Source of the DNA: Nitrosopumilus sp.
Lineage (GTDB): Archaea; Thermoproteota; Nitrososphaeria; Nitrososphaerales; Nitrosopumilaceae
Direction: 5' to 3'
Assembly: GCA_965207075.1 (NCBI GenBank)
Contig: CBDBLO010000002.1
Span: 1,632,001-1,696,000 of the forward strand
DNA length: 64,000 nt
Below are positions 39,637-50,108 of the stretch, in pieces (the stretch's first letter is position 1; each line of letters begins with the position of its first letter). The translations under genes and the position numbers were made by a program. A model generated the notes under the pieces. That model was not told where the DNA came from and did not search any database. It saw only the letters and a program-made list of their open reading frames with translations.

Positions 39637-40341
39637 CTAGTAGAGCCGCTTTCTGCGCAGCTTCAGACTCCGTTCGCGTATCTGCTCCACGGTGGCAAGC
39701 AGTTCGGGGTCAAACCTTGCGGTGGCAAGCAGTTCGGCGGGTATCTTTACGTTGTTTTCAGCGATGTCCACCGTGGTGCTTGGAAGGCGCCGAGACTGCC
39801 AGTATTTTGAGACCTTGTCCTCGAGCTTGTAATCCCTGAATCCCGCCGGAAACCTCTTTGTTATGTGCCTGATCAGTGTGCGGTCATCAAAGACGGCCCT
39901 CGGATCAAACAGCCGGGACTCGTCGCTGTACACGTTCTCAAACAGGCTCGAGGACGTATAGTCGGAGGTTATCCTCATCTGCGAGACCCGCCACACGAGC
40001 TCCAGGTAATGCAGGAACTCGTGAGCAAGCACGGCGTGTATGGTGCCCTTGAGGCCGTACGCGATCAGCGGCGCCGTTATCTGTATGACGATCCCAAACT
40101 TGTCGCCGGAGCATACGGGTATGGTCCGGGCAAACAGTATTCCGTATCCTATGGTCGGATCCGCGCGGGTCATGACAACGGACGGCTCCACGTATGCGAC
40201 AGGAAACCTTGCCTGCGAGGCCCGCTCGATTCGGTTTATCCCGTCGACTGCGATGGGGAACCTCTTGGCCACGAGCTCAAATATGTCGTCCGGAATCATC
40301 GCGGTCCCGTGCGCATCTCTTAGCCGCTGTAGGGGGTCCAA
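39637..40341 (-). CDS. hypothetical protein with an HEXXH motif
   Basis: VLAHEFLHY; start uncertain. Confidence 0.75.
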   Translation of the reverse strand: MDPLQRLRDAHGTAMIPDDIFELVAKRFPIAVDGINRIERASQARFPVAYVEPSVVMTRADPTIGYGILFARTIPVCSGDKFGIVIQITAPLIAYGLKGTIHAVLAHEFLHYLELVWRVSQMRITSDYTSSSLFENVYSDESRLFDPRAVFDDRTLIRHITKRFPAGFRDYKLEDKVSKYWQSRRLPSTTVDIAENNVKIPAELLATARFDPELLATVEQIRERSLKLRRKRLY

Positions 40342-40587
40342 CTGTGTGGCAGAGCGGCAATGCACGTAAAAAAGCTTGCATGCGCAGCGGCCGTACGAGT
40401 CCCATGCATTGTCAGGCCTTTGGCTTGCCGGACGTTTTTCTCCTGCGCGTGGCGGCCATCTGGTCCGCGTGCCTCTGGTGCTTGCCGCGTTTCCTCTTTG
40501 TCATGCACTGCGCCAAGACGCCCGACAGTTAATTGTTGCCATTGCGCGCCAAGCAGGATCCGTGCAGGCGCCGCCGTCAGGTGTCAG

Positions 40588-41940
40588 TCAGGCGTCGCGT
40601 GCGCCAGAAGGGGCATCCGCGGGGCCGTCACGCAGCCACACGTCCTCAAAGTCAAACAGCACGCACTCGCACTGAACGCCCAGCACCTCGGATATGCTGG
40701 GCCGGACCCCGTCCCCCGTAACCAGCCGTTTTATGGGGATCCCCCCGTCCAGGTCGGCCGTTACTACAAACGAATTCGTTTCCTTCCTCCTGTATGCGAG
40801 GCGCGTTATGGACTTTACGGCTTCGCGGCCGTTCTTGGTGCGGATCATCAGCGGGCGGCCGGCGAGCCGCCTCAGCCTCCGAAGCAGGGACGGGCCGGTC
40901 GCGTCGTGGGCGGTAGGAGTGGTGGCGGCCGGCGAGCCTGCACCAGCGCCGCCGCCATCGCCGCCGCCACTGCCATGGCCGTCGTTGCAGCTACCGTTAG
41001 CGTCGGCATCGCCCCCAGTTTCTACAAACGCACGAGGCGTCATCCTGACCTGTATCCTTGCGCGCGACGAGAAGGCCAGGGGCCCCGCATCGGACGCGGC
41101 GACATCGCGCAGCCGGCTTACCAGAACGCCGTGACCGAGCGGCATGCCCCGGGATATCCGTACGCGCCTCCTTTTTGGACGCTGTATGCGGGCGTAAAAC
41201 GGCCTGCCGTGCCCTGCAACCAGGCTCTCCCTGTCCTCGCCGCCAATCCAGGTAAAGCGGATCGTTCTGCCCCCCAGCCGGTCAAACAGGAGATCCGATA
41301 TCTGCCCCTCCACACTTTCCCCGCATGCGGGTATTCCGTGAAACCCGCACGTCGAGCACCCCCGGCCAAGGCAGCTGGTGCACGCCTCTTGTTTTTGCGG
41401 GACGCCCCTTTTCTGCTTGAGGTACGTTCCAAAGACCGCGACCGGCTTTGGGCTCACCTCGCAGTACCGGTCCGCGGGCTGCACCTTGATCAGCACCTCA
41501 GGCTCGTGCCTGTCTTGCCGGCGGCGCGTCATCCTGGCAAACCGGCCTCCGAGCTCCCTTACGAGCCCCGTCTTTATGCAGTCGGACCCCTGCAGCCTGT
41601 ACACGGAACGCACGTGGTCGTCCCTGTCGAGAATGGAGGGCTTGATCGTGGCCCCCACGGCAAAAGTGTCAAACTCGTACTCTGCAACGGTCGTTTCCAT
41701 CAGGTCAAGCATGTCCGGCAGACTGTCAAAGAGCCCACGGCAGACATAGCACTGGGCGGATGGGCCGTCTGCAGCCTCTAGCGAGCTGCGCAGCCTCCTG
41801 CCGTACAGCTCGTATGATGCCAGTCCGGGGCTCCTTGCAAAGAGCCTGCCAAGGCAGTAATCGCACAGGTCATACTTGCCAAGCAGTGCAGACGCCTTTG
41901 AGCGGGCGGCATCCCGCGGGTCGGGCACGTCGGGCTTCAC
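40588..41940 (-). CDS. pus10: tRNA pseudouridine 54/55 synthase Pus10
   Basis: LCDYCLGRLF, GTYLK..RGVPQ, GGED, GRPF, DGGIPIK. Confidence 0.9.
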   Translation of the reverse strand: MKPDVPDPRDAARSKASALLGKYDLCDYCLGRLFARSPGLASYELYGRRLRSSLEAADGPSAQCYVCRGLFDSLPDMLDLMETTVAEYEFDTFAVGATIKPSILDRDDHVRSVYRLQGSDCIKTGLVRELGGRFARMTRRRQDRHEPEVLIKVQPADRYCEVSPKPVAVFGTYLKQKRGVPQKQEACTSCLGRGCSTCGFHGIPACGESVEGQISDLLFDRLGGRTIRFTWIGGEDRESLVAGHGRPFYARIQRPKRRRVRISRGMPLGHGVLVSRLRDVAASDAGPLAFSSRARIQVRMTPRAFVETGGDADANGSCNDGHGSGGGDGGGAGAGSPAATTPTAHDATGPSLLRRLRRLAGRPLMIRTKNGREAVKSITRLAYRRKETNSFVVTADLDGGIPIKRLVTGDGVRPSISEVLGVQCECVLFDFEDVWLRDGPADAPSGARDA

Positions 41941-42106
41941 GCCGCGCGCTGCCTCCGCAGGTACTTTTCAGCGTCATGTCCTACAATGCCGCCGACGCTG
42001 TTGCGGTTGCGGCTGCGGTTGCTGCTGCTGCTGCTGCTGCTGTTGTTGTTGTTGTTGTTACCCCAGCCCCCGTCCCGCCGGCCCCCACTTGCGACAGTAC
42101 GCACCG

Positions 42107-43441
42107 CTACCCAATCCCCATCCGCTTGAGCATGTCGCGCATGGCGCGCCCCTTGGCGGCCTTCATCATGTTCTTCGACGTTTTGTACGTCTTGAGGAGG
42201 TTCTTCACCTCCGAGTCAGGCCTCCCGGACCCGCGAGCTATGCGCTGCGTCCGGGACGCATTCTTTATCAGATCCGGATCGGCCTTTTCGGCGGGGGTCA
42301 TGCTCTGCATGATGTACCTCCACCTCTCGATGTTCTCCTCCAGCTTGTCCACCTTGTCGAGCTGATCCGAGCCGGCCCCGGAGAATCCGGGAAGATTCTC
42401 AAGCATGCCCCGCATGGAGCCGGACTTTGTGAACTCCTCGAGCTGGTAAAAGTAATCCTCCATGTTCATCTTGCCCCCCATTATCCGCTTCATCCTGACC
42501 TCGTCAGACTCGTCCTCTATGCGCTTAAAGTGCTCCAGAATGGCCTGCACGTCCCCGATCCCAAGCAGCCTGCCGACAAAGCCTGATGAGGAGAACTTTT
42601 CAAGATCGTCTATGCGCTCGCCGGTCCCAATGTACATCACGTGGGCCCCGGTCGCGGCCGCGGCGGCGAGGGCCCCGCCCCCCTTGGCGGAGCTGTCCAT
42701 CTTGGTGATTATGATGCCGCCCACGGGTATCGCCTTGTGAAACGCCTCCGCCTGCCCAAAGCACTGCTGCCCTATCGTGCCGTCTATGACAAGCATCGCC
42801 ATGTCCGGCGACGCGACCGCGCCTATGCGGCTCATCTCGTCAAGCAGGTCCTGCTCCTGCTTGTGGCGGCCCGCCGTATCAATCAGGATGATGTCAAGCG
42901 GCTCCCGCTCAAAGTGCCGCAGCCCGTTACCGACCACCGCGACCGCGTCGTCGTTCTTCTCCTCGCCGTACACCTCGACTCCTGCCTTCTCGCACATCGT
43001 GCGCAGCTGCACGAGCGCGCCCGGCCTGTACGTGTCGGCCCCGATCACCCCCACCTTGTAGCCCTGCCGCGTCAGCAGCCGGGACAGCTTCGAGGCTATC
43101 GTGGTCTTGCCGCTCCCCTGTATTCCAAGCAGCAGCACCTTGTTCTGCTTGCCGGACTGGAACTCAAACTCCGAGTCCCCGCCCAGAAGGCCAGCCAGCT
43201 CGTCGTGCAGTATCTTTACGAGGTGGTTCTTCCTTGAGAATCCGGGCGGGAGGTCCTCGCCCAGCGCGCGCTCCTTGAGCCGCTCTGTCACCTCCAGTAT
43301 GAGCCCCACTTTGACGTCGGACTGTATGAGAGCCCTCTGCACGTCCTTGGCAAGCTCGTCTATCAGTTCCTTGTCCACGGTGGAGGATCTTAGCACCTTT
43401 TTGAGGGCGGCCCCCAGGTTCTCCTTTAGCCCGTCAAGCAT
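42107..43441 (-). CDS. srp54: signal recognition particle protein Srp54
   Basis: GIQGSGKTT, DTAGR, TKMD, GTGE, SMT, RIARGSG. Confidence 0.97.
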   Translation of the reverse strand: MLDGLKENLGAALKKVLRSSTVDKELIDELAKDVQRALIQSDVKVGLILEVTERLKERALGEDLPPGFSRKNHLVKILHDELAGLLGGDSEFEFQSGKQNKVLLLGIQGSGKTTIASKLSRLLTRQGYKVGVIGADTYRPGALVQLRTMCEKAGVEVYGEEKNDDAVAVVGNGLRHFEREPLDIILIDTAGRHKQEQDLLDEMSRIGAVASPDMAMLVIDGTIGQQCFGQAEAFHKAIPVGGIIITKMDSSAKGGGALAAAAATGAHVMYIGTGERIDDLEKFSSSGFVGRLLGIGDVQAILEHFKRIEDESDEVRMKRIMGGKMNMEDYFYQLEEFTKSGSMRGMLENLPGFSGAGSDQLDKVDKLEENIERWRYIMQSMTPAEKADPDLIKNASRTQRIARGSGRPDSEVKNLLKTYKTSKNMMKAAKGRAMRDMLKRMGIG

Positions 43442-44237
43442 GGCGCATTATCCTCGCGTCCAATATTTCAAACCTTCCTCTGTACCCGTCCCAGACCGTG
43501 TCATAGTCGAGTATCTCGATGGGACTCTCAAACAGCGGGCAGTCCAGGACGAACGTCTCGGCCTCGCCGCCCTCAAAGTCGAGCGCAAAGCCGTGCCTTT
43601 CAGACAGGGCGCGCAGCTCGGCAAGCGAGTCCGGGGTGATGCTCCGCCCCAGCCACGAGCCGTCAAGCCCGCCTGCCGAGACGGCTGTTATTATAGCCGC
43701 GAACCCCGCGTCCAGCACGCGGCGCATGTACTGCCCGGCCGGCTCGCGCATCCAGAGCGGCGAGACTACCGCGAGCCCCAGGGCGCCGCAGACCTTGGCA
43801 AACCTCGACCGCTGAAACTCGCTTCTGATGCCGCCGTGCACCACGCCCTGCACGCCGTACTCGCGCTTTGCCCTCTGCAGCAGCAGCCTTAGGGCGCCCA
43901 GCTCCCGCTGTGTGTCATCGGAGCCGACCTCTAGGGACAGCAGGGGCGGCGCGCCGCGCATCGCCTCGGCCTGCAGCCCCACCCACCTGATGTTCGGGCT
44001 GTGCAGCAGCATGCTCTCCTCGGACTTGGCAAACGCCGACACGAGGCACGCGACCTCGTGTCCCTGCGCCTGCGCGTCGTACGCGGCATACGCGCTGTCC
44101 TTGCCGCCGGAGAACAGGGATGCCAGCCTCAGTCCTTTTTTGGATGCGTGGCCCGAACCCGGCTGCGCGCGCGTGTGGGGCGGGGGCGGTTGCGCATCCG
44201 TTAAGAGAGGTGCCTCATCACTCATAATCCTCATCAT
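43434..44237 (-). CDS. dph6: diphthine--ammonia ligase
   Basis: SGGKDS, SPLW, EGGEAETFVLDCPLF. Confidence 0.92.
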   Translation of the reverse strand: MMRIMSDEAPLLTDAQPPPPHTRAQPGSGHASKKGLRLASLFSGGKDSAYAAYDAQAQGHEVACLVSAFAKSEESMLLHSPNIRWVGLQAEAMRGAPPLLSLEVGSDDTQRELGALRLLLQRAKREYGVQGVVHGGIRSEFQRSRFAKVCGALGLAVVSPLWMREPAGQYMRRVLDAGFAAIITAVSAGGLDGSWLGRSITPDSLAELRALSERHGFALDFEGGEAETFVLDCPLFESPIEILDYDTVWDGYRGRFEILDARIMRHA

Positions 44238-44474
44238 GCCTCAGAAGGCTTTTCCGATTCCATCATCGGCACCCGGTGCTGCTGCAATGGCGCGGGTTAT
44301 TACCTTTGGGGTTGCGTCGACGGCCGAATCGGGGCAGGGCCCGCGCGCGAGCTGCCCGCACGCTTCATTCAAAATGTATGTGTATATTTAGGATCCTGTC
44401 GAAACGCGCGGGGCCGCCCAGAAACGGCGGCAGAGCCATGAAGCTATTTATTGGATGCGTGACTCCTCACTGCG

Positions 44475-45158
44475 ATGAAACAGTCATCGGATGATGACAA
44501 GCAGCATTACAAAACTGCGGGGCCAGAACCGCGCACTGGCGCAGGGCAAAAACCCGAAATCAGCCGGGACGACAAGAACACGCTGCGTATTATACACGCG
44601 TGCAGCATGACAAATACAGATCCCATTTCTGCAATGTCAAAGATCTTTTCAGAGTCAGAGACAGAGGAGCGGATCAGAAGCCTGGTGCGGCAGAACCTCA
44701 TAACGGAGGACGCAAGGGTGACGGAGGACGGCCGCGCCGCCCTCACGGTGGTGCTCACCGGAGGCGTGTTTGACATAATACACCATGGCCACGTACACAT
44801 GCTAGACGCGGCAAGATCCCTAGGCGACATGTTGGTGGTCGTGGTCGCCTCCGACAGCACGGCAAGAAGGAGCAAGAGGAAAGCCCCGTTGCGCCACGAC
44901 GAGGAGATACGCCAGTATCTCGTAAGCATGATCAGGACTGTGGACGCGTGCGTCATCGGGGCGGAGGGGAGCATCTTTGACACCGTGAAGGAGATAAGGC
45001 CCGACGTCATAGCGCTCGGATACGACCAGGCGCACAGAAAGGAGGACATCAAGGACGGTTGCAGCAAACTGGGGCTTGACGTGGAGATAGTCAGGATAGA
45101 ATCACCGATGCCCGACGTGTCAAGCTCAGACCTCAAAAACAACCTTGAGGACCTGTAG
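44475..45158 (+). CDS. ribL: cytidyltransferase-family protein, probable FAD synthase
   Basis: GGVFDIIHHGH, PDVIALGYDQ, SSS. Confidence 0.8.
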   Translation: MKQSSDDDKQHYKTAGPEPRTGAGQKPEISRDDKNTLRIIHACSMTNTDPISAMSKIFSESETEERIRSLVRQNLITEDARVTEDGRAALTVVLTGGVFDIIHHGHVHMLDAARSLGDMLVVVVASDSTARRSKRKAPLRHDEEIRQYLVSMIRTVDACVIGAEGSIFDTVKEIRPDVIALGYDQAHRKEDIKDGCSKLGLDVEIVRIESPMPDVSSSDLKNNLEDL

Positions 45159-45279
45159 CCGGCGGGCCGGGGGGCGTGGCCGCGGGCGCGCACCAGGAAT
45201 GGCAGGCAGCAACAAATGGAAGATCATCATACAAGACGCAGCAAGCATCTTCCCCCACGAGTATGATATCCGAATGCTG

Positions 45280-45558
45280 TTAGTGCTTTGGGTTGATCAA
45301 TCTAGACCTGTAAACTAGAAAACACCCCAAGCCAATAACTGCATAGAGCAGCACAGACAAACCGGTATTGTGAAGGCACCAATCAGCCTCCGCAAGTATT
45401 CCTCCAAAAGCCTCAAGAAAATGCTCCGAGCGCATATGGCATTGCACTGTAAACTCATGAACAGTTCTGAACTGTTCAGGATTGTATGGCCGTAATGACA
45501 ATACGATGCCTACTGACATTGATGCCAAACCTGCAAAAAACAGCTTTTTGCTTTTCAT
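45280..45558 (-). CDS. small hypothetical two-TM protein, AT-rich
   Basis: MKSKKLFFAG...; TTATAT box about 22 nt upstream; composition unlike the flanks. Confidence 0.6.
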   Translation of the reverse strand: MKSKKLFFAGLASMSVGIVLSLRPYNPEQFRTVHEFTVQCHMRSEHFLEAFGGILAEADWCLHNTGLSVLLYAVIGLGCFLVYRSRLINPKH

Positions 45559-45791
45559 GGTGAAAATAAAAAAGGCCATATAATATTCGTTACCGACTGT
45601 TGGGGGGGCAGTGCCACAAACCTTGTGTGTTGCCATAGGGCCGGCCTATGCCTGTAGTGTGCACAACATCATAAGAGAGCGCTGCACCATCACTGTCAGA
45701 AACAGCCTGTTTTATTGCAGAGTCTTGCCTTGGATTGGATACGAGATTACCCCTTCGAATCCTTTTTATCGACGTGACAAGTGGCACATCT

Positions 45792-46331
45792 ATGAAAATA
45801 TCACCGGCAATGAAAAAGCAGCTCGACGATCAGGTTGCTCTCGAGGCAGCCGCATCCCACTCATACCTGGCAATGGCCTCGTGGGCGGAGCTTGCAGGAT
45901 ATCCGGGGACCGCATCCTACTTTTACGCCCAGTCGGCCGAGGAGCGGGGCCACATGCTGAGGATAATCAACTACATGAACACCATAGGTGCGGGGGCTGT
46001 CATCCCGAAGATCGACAAGCCGTCCGTAACGGCGTTCAAATCAGTCGAGGATCTGATCAAGGCAGCCCTCAAAAACGAGCAGGCCGTCACAAAGGCCATA
46101 CACAAGATGGCCCAAGCCGCACAAAAGGGCGGTGACTATGCCACGTTTGACTTTTTGAGCTGGTTTGTAAAGGAGCAGGTGCACGAGGAGGCGCAGTTTG
46201 AGGACATACTGCAAAAGTTCGACACCATAGGAAGGGACGGCATTGCAGTAAACGAGATAGACAAGATTCTCGGGGCAGGAAACGGCGGCGGTACCGGCGC
46301 AGCCGCTCCGGCCGCGCCAGACACCCCATAA
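45792..46331 (+). CDS. ftnA: non-heme ferritin
   Basis: E..A...YLAMASW, QSAEERGH, FLSWFVKEQVHEE. Confidence 0.93.
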   Translation: MKISPAMKKQLDDQVALEAAASHSYLAMASWAELAGYPGTASYFYAQSAEERGHMLRIINYMNTIGAGAVIPKIDKPSVTAFKSVEDLIKAALKNEQAVTKAIHKMAQAAQKGGDYATFDFLSWFVKEQVHEEAQFEDILQKFDTIGRDGIAVNEIDKILGAGNGGGTGAAAPAAPDTP

Positions 46332-46394
46332 ATGCGGGAGTTTCACGCGCCGGCCTTACGACTTGCGGCAAATAGCCCGTCGCATTTTCAGAGA

Positions 46395-46574
46395 TTATCC
46401 CGGGGCTCGCCGCCGGTGCGTACGCGTACGATCGTGGGTGCGGCCTATGTGAAGGGCCAACCCCATCACGTCAGAGCCAAAGACCTTGCCGCAGAACGTG
46501 CATTCAAACACGTAGGGGGATGCGGCCCGTTGCGTGCTTTGGGCGCGCGCTTGGTTGTCTGGCACGAGATACAT
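46395..46574 (-). CDS. 59-aa C2H2 zinc-finger microprotein (not in ORF track)
   Basis: FECTFCGKVFGSDVMGLALHIGRTH; CTTTAATA box upstream. Confidence 0.75.
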   Translation of the reverse strand: MYLVPDNQARAQSTQRAASPYVFECTFCGKVFGSDVMGLALHIGRTHDRTRTHRRRAPG

Positions 46575-46885
46575 GCGGTTCCATAGTATTAAAGCATGAA
46601 ACTAGACAGAGCTATAGTCCGTTAGTTTCCGCGCAATCCTGCTGCCACCACAGGCGACATACGCTTGCGCCAGAAGTGAGGGGAGGGAAAATGGGACGGC
46701 GGTTACTTCTCGCCCTGATCTCCCCGTCACTCGGCGCGGCGCATTTTTTAGCACGGCCCTTGACCCAGTTGACTGCCCGGGATTACCGCGGTTGTTGGAA
46801 TCACCGGCGGCGGCGGAACGTGCCGTGGCCTCTGGCCGCAATGCGCGCGGGACATCTCGGCCGCGCAAGGAAGGCCGGTTCCGGA

Positions 46886-47059
46886 TCAGCCAAATATCAT
46901 GCACTGCTCGCATTCGCACGACTCTTGCTGGCCCGCCTTTTTGAAGCAGCGCTTGTGCTGGCCCGCCTGGCACTGCACGCAGATCTCATCTAGGTTGTCG
47001 ACGCTGCTGTATTTGCGGGACCGGTCGAATCCAAACCCTCCATCCTGTGGGCCAACCAT
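46886..47059 (-). CDS. 57-aa Cys-rich microprotein (not in ORF track)
   Basis: MVGPQDGGFGFDRSRKYSSVDNLDEICVQCQAGQHKRCFKKAGQQESCECEQCMIFG; TAAAAATA upstream. Confidence 0.75.
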   Translation of the reverse strand: MVGPQDGGFGFDRSRKYSSVDNLDEICVQCQAGQHKRCFKKAGQQESCECEQCMIFG

Positions 47060-47085
47060 GCAGACGGTTGCACGTGCTTGTATTT

Positions 47086-47391
47086 TTACCTCACTGTCAA
47101 GGCCGAGTCGACGGCGGCCCTGATCTCCGCCCGGTGCGACTCTATCACCCCCCGGATCTCAAACATGTCCAAGTATCCGCCCCCCGGAGCCCTAGTGGCC
47201 TTTAGCAGATACCGCAGCGAGCCCTCCTCTATCTTGCCAATGTAGTATCCATACAAAAAGTCAGGCTCGCTGCGGCACTTCCATATACGCCCCGCGCTCG
47301 GAAAGGACTGCCTGACCTCGCCCGGTATCTCCAGTATGCGCCGCTGCACGTACGAGTCAAGGGATCTCCGCGCCGCCGCGTCAAGCCGCAT
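47086..47391 (-). CDS. hypothetical protein
   Basis: 101-aa ORF with typical codon usage (DFLYGYYIGKIEEG). Confidence 0.7.
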   Translation of the reverse strand: MRLDAAARRSLDSYVQRRILEIPGEVRQSFPSAGRIWKCRSEPDFLYGYYIGKIEEGSLRYLLKATRAPGGGYLDMFEIRGVIESHRAEIRAAVDSALTVR

Positions 47392-47569
47392 TACTATAAT
47401 ATGCGGCGTTCTCTTTTAGGGGTTTTGTCACGGAAGGCGCACTGTACGCCCCAATCAGCGCGCTAATTACCATCTGTCGTCCTAGACCAATGCCGCAAAC
47501 CGGCGCATCGGCACTCTACCCCATCGACCTGCCGCTGTCAGCACCGCTGCCACCACCAGAATCACCGCC

Positions 47570-47761
47570 CTAACCGTCATCAGCGGCAGCGGCGGCGGCA
47601 GCAGCATCATCATCATCATTATCACTATCATCATCATCGGCATCCGACTTGGACCTGTCCCACATTCTCATGTTTCCCCTCAGCATGAAAAAACCCACTA
47701 TAATTACGGCGATGCCACCTGCAATGAAGAGAAAGAACCGGCCGACGCTTCTTATTCCCAC
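47570..47761 (-). CDS. small single-TM protein with an acidic low-complexity tail
   Basis: FFLFIAGGIAVIIVGFFML followed by a D/A-rich tail; start uncertain. Confidence 0.55.
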   Translation of the reverse strand: MGIRSVGRFFLFIAGGIAVIIVGFFMLRGNMRMWDRSKSDADDDDSDNDDDDAAAAAAAADDG

Positions 47762-47872
47762 TGGCAACAGACTGGCACCCTCGTAGGCCCAATTAGACTG
47801 TAGTGAGGCGGGGCCCGCTGCGCCGCACATGCCAGTCTCTAGATTCAATAATGACGAGGCCGCACGCCTGCC

Positions 47873-47971
47873 ATGTCAAGGGCAAAGCAGATCGCCGCGT
47901 GGGTTGCGATAATAGGCGGCGGCATAGGATTCTTCTTCTTCTCCCAGTATATGGCAGAGGTCATGCGCTGA
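47873..47971 (+). CDS. 32-aa single-TM microprotein (not in ORF track)
   Basis: MSRAKQIAAWVAIIGGGIGFFFFSQYMAEVMR; TTCAATAA about 22 nt upstream. Confidence 0.6.
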   Translation: MSRAKQIAAWVAIIGGGIGFFFFSQYMAEVMR

Positions 47972-48032
47972 TGCGCGCACCGGCAGGGGCGGCGGCACTG
48001 GCTGCGAGGAACGCCGCCGCGATTTTGCGCGA

Positions 48033-48530
48033 ATGATGGGATCGGGGCCGGACATGCCGCCAGACCCAGCAAACCGCACCGGTGCACGCATCATAACAGA
48101 CGAGATCTCGGCCTTTCTTGACAAGCAGAGGCTCGGGTACGTCGCGACGATCGGCCCCGACTGCAAGCCCAACGTCTCGCCAAAGGGCACCATAGCAAGA
48201 TTGGACGAGAGCACGCTGATTTTCGCGGACATCCGATCCCCGGACACGGTCAGGAACATAGAGGAGAACGGCAGCGTGGAGATCAGCTCGATCGACCCCG
48301 TCCTGCGCAAGGGGTACCTGTTTGAGGGCACGGCCTCAGTCATACGGGACGCCGACATGCTCAGAAGGGCCCGTGGAATGTACGAGAGGATGGGAATCAG
48401 GAGCAAGATACGCGCAGTCATCGCCGTAGAGGTGTCGAGAATATCCAGCGTGACGTCCCCACTGTATGACATGGGCGCGACCGAGGAAGAGGTGAGAAAG
48501 AAGTGGGGTGCGCGCCTTGCAGAGTCATAG
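48033..48530 (+). CDS. pyridoxamine 5'-phosphate oxidase-like FMN-binding protein
   Basis: GYVATI, PNVSPKG, FADIRSPDTVRN. Confidence 0.88.
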   Translation: MMGSGPDMPPDPANRTGARIITDEISAFLDKQRLGYVATIGPDCKPNVSPKGTIARLDESTLIFADIRSPDTVRNIEENGSVEISSIDPVLRKGYLFEGTASVIRDADMLRRARGMYERMGIRSKIRAVIAVEVSRISSVTSPLYDMGATEEEVRKKWGARLAES

Positions 48531-48555
48531 CAGCAGAGACGGTCGCTGGATCCGT

Positions 48556-49857
<1,302 letters not shown>

Positions 49858-49909
49858 GACGTGCCACCTGCCCACTGAAAAATGAATCTTGCCATTTACC
49901 GCCGGCCAG

Positions 49910-50107
49910 TCAGTCCCGTTTTCTGCCCCTCACGAAGCGCAGGAAGAACCCCAGGCCTCCTATCACCAGCCCCGCCGCAAACGCGGCCACTCCCATCTCA
50001 GGCTCCTCGGGGTGTATTGTAGGCGCCAGAAAGAGCAGGACTGCCCCCAGTATTATCAGCGCGAACCACCCGCCGTTTCTTGAGCGGTTGTGTTCAGAGT
50101 GGACCAT
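49910..50107 (-). CDS. small two-TM hypothetical protein
   Basis: 65 aa with two hydrophobic helices, directly after lysS. Confidence 0.65.
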   Translation of the reverse strand: MVHSEHNRSRNGGWFALIILGAVLLFLAPTIHPEEPEMGVAAFAAGLVIGGLGFFLRFVRGRKRD

Positions 50108-50108
50108 C

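Noticed and set aside
39690-39737. 18-bp direct repeat inside the HEXXH gene
   Set aside because: Encodes a short repeated peptide (ELLAT); no sign of mobility
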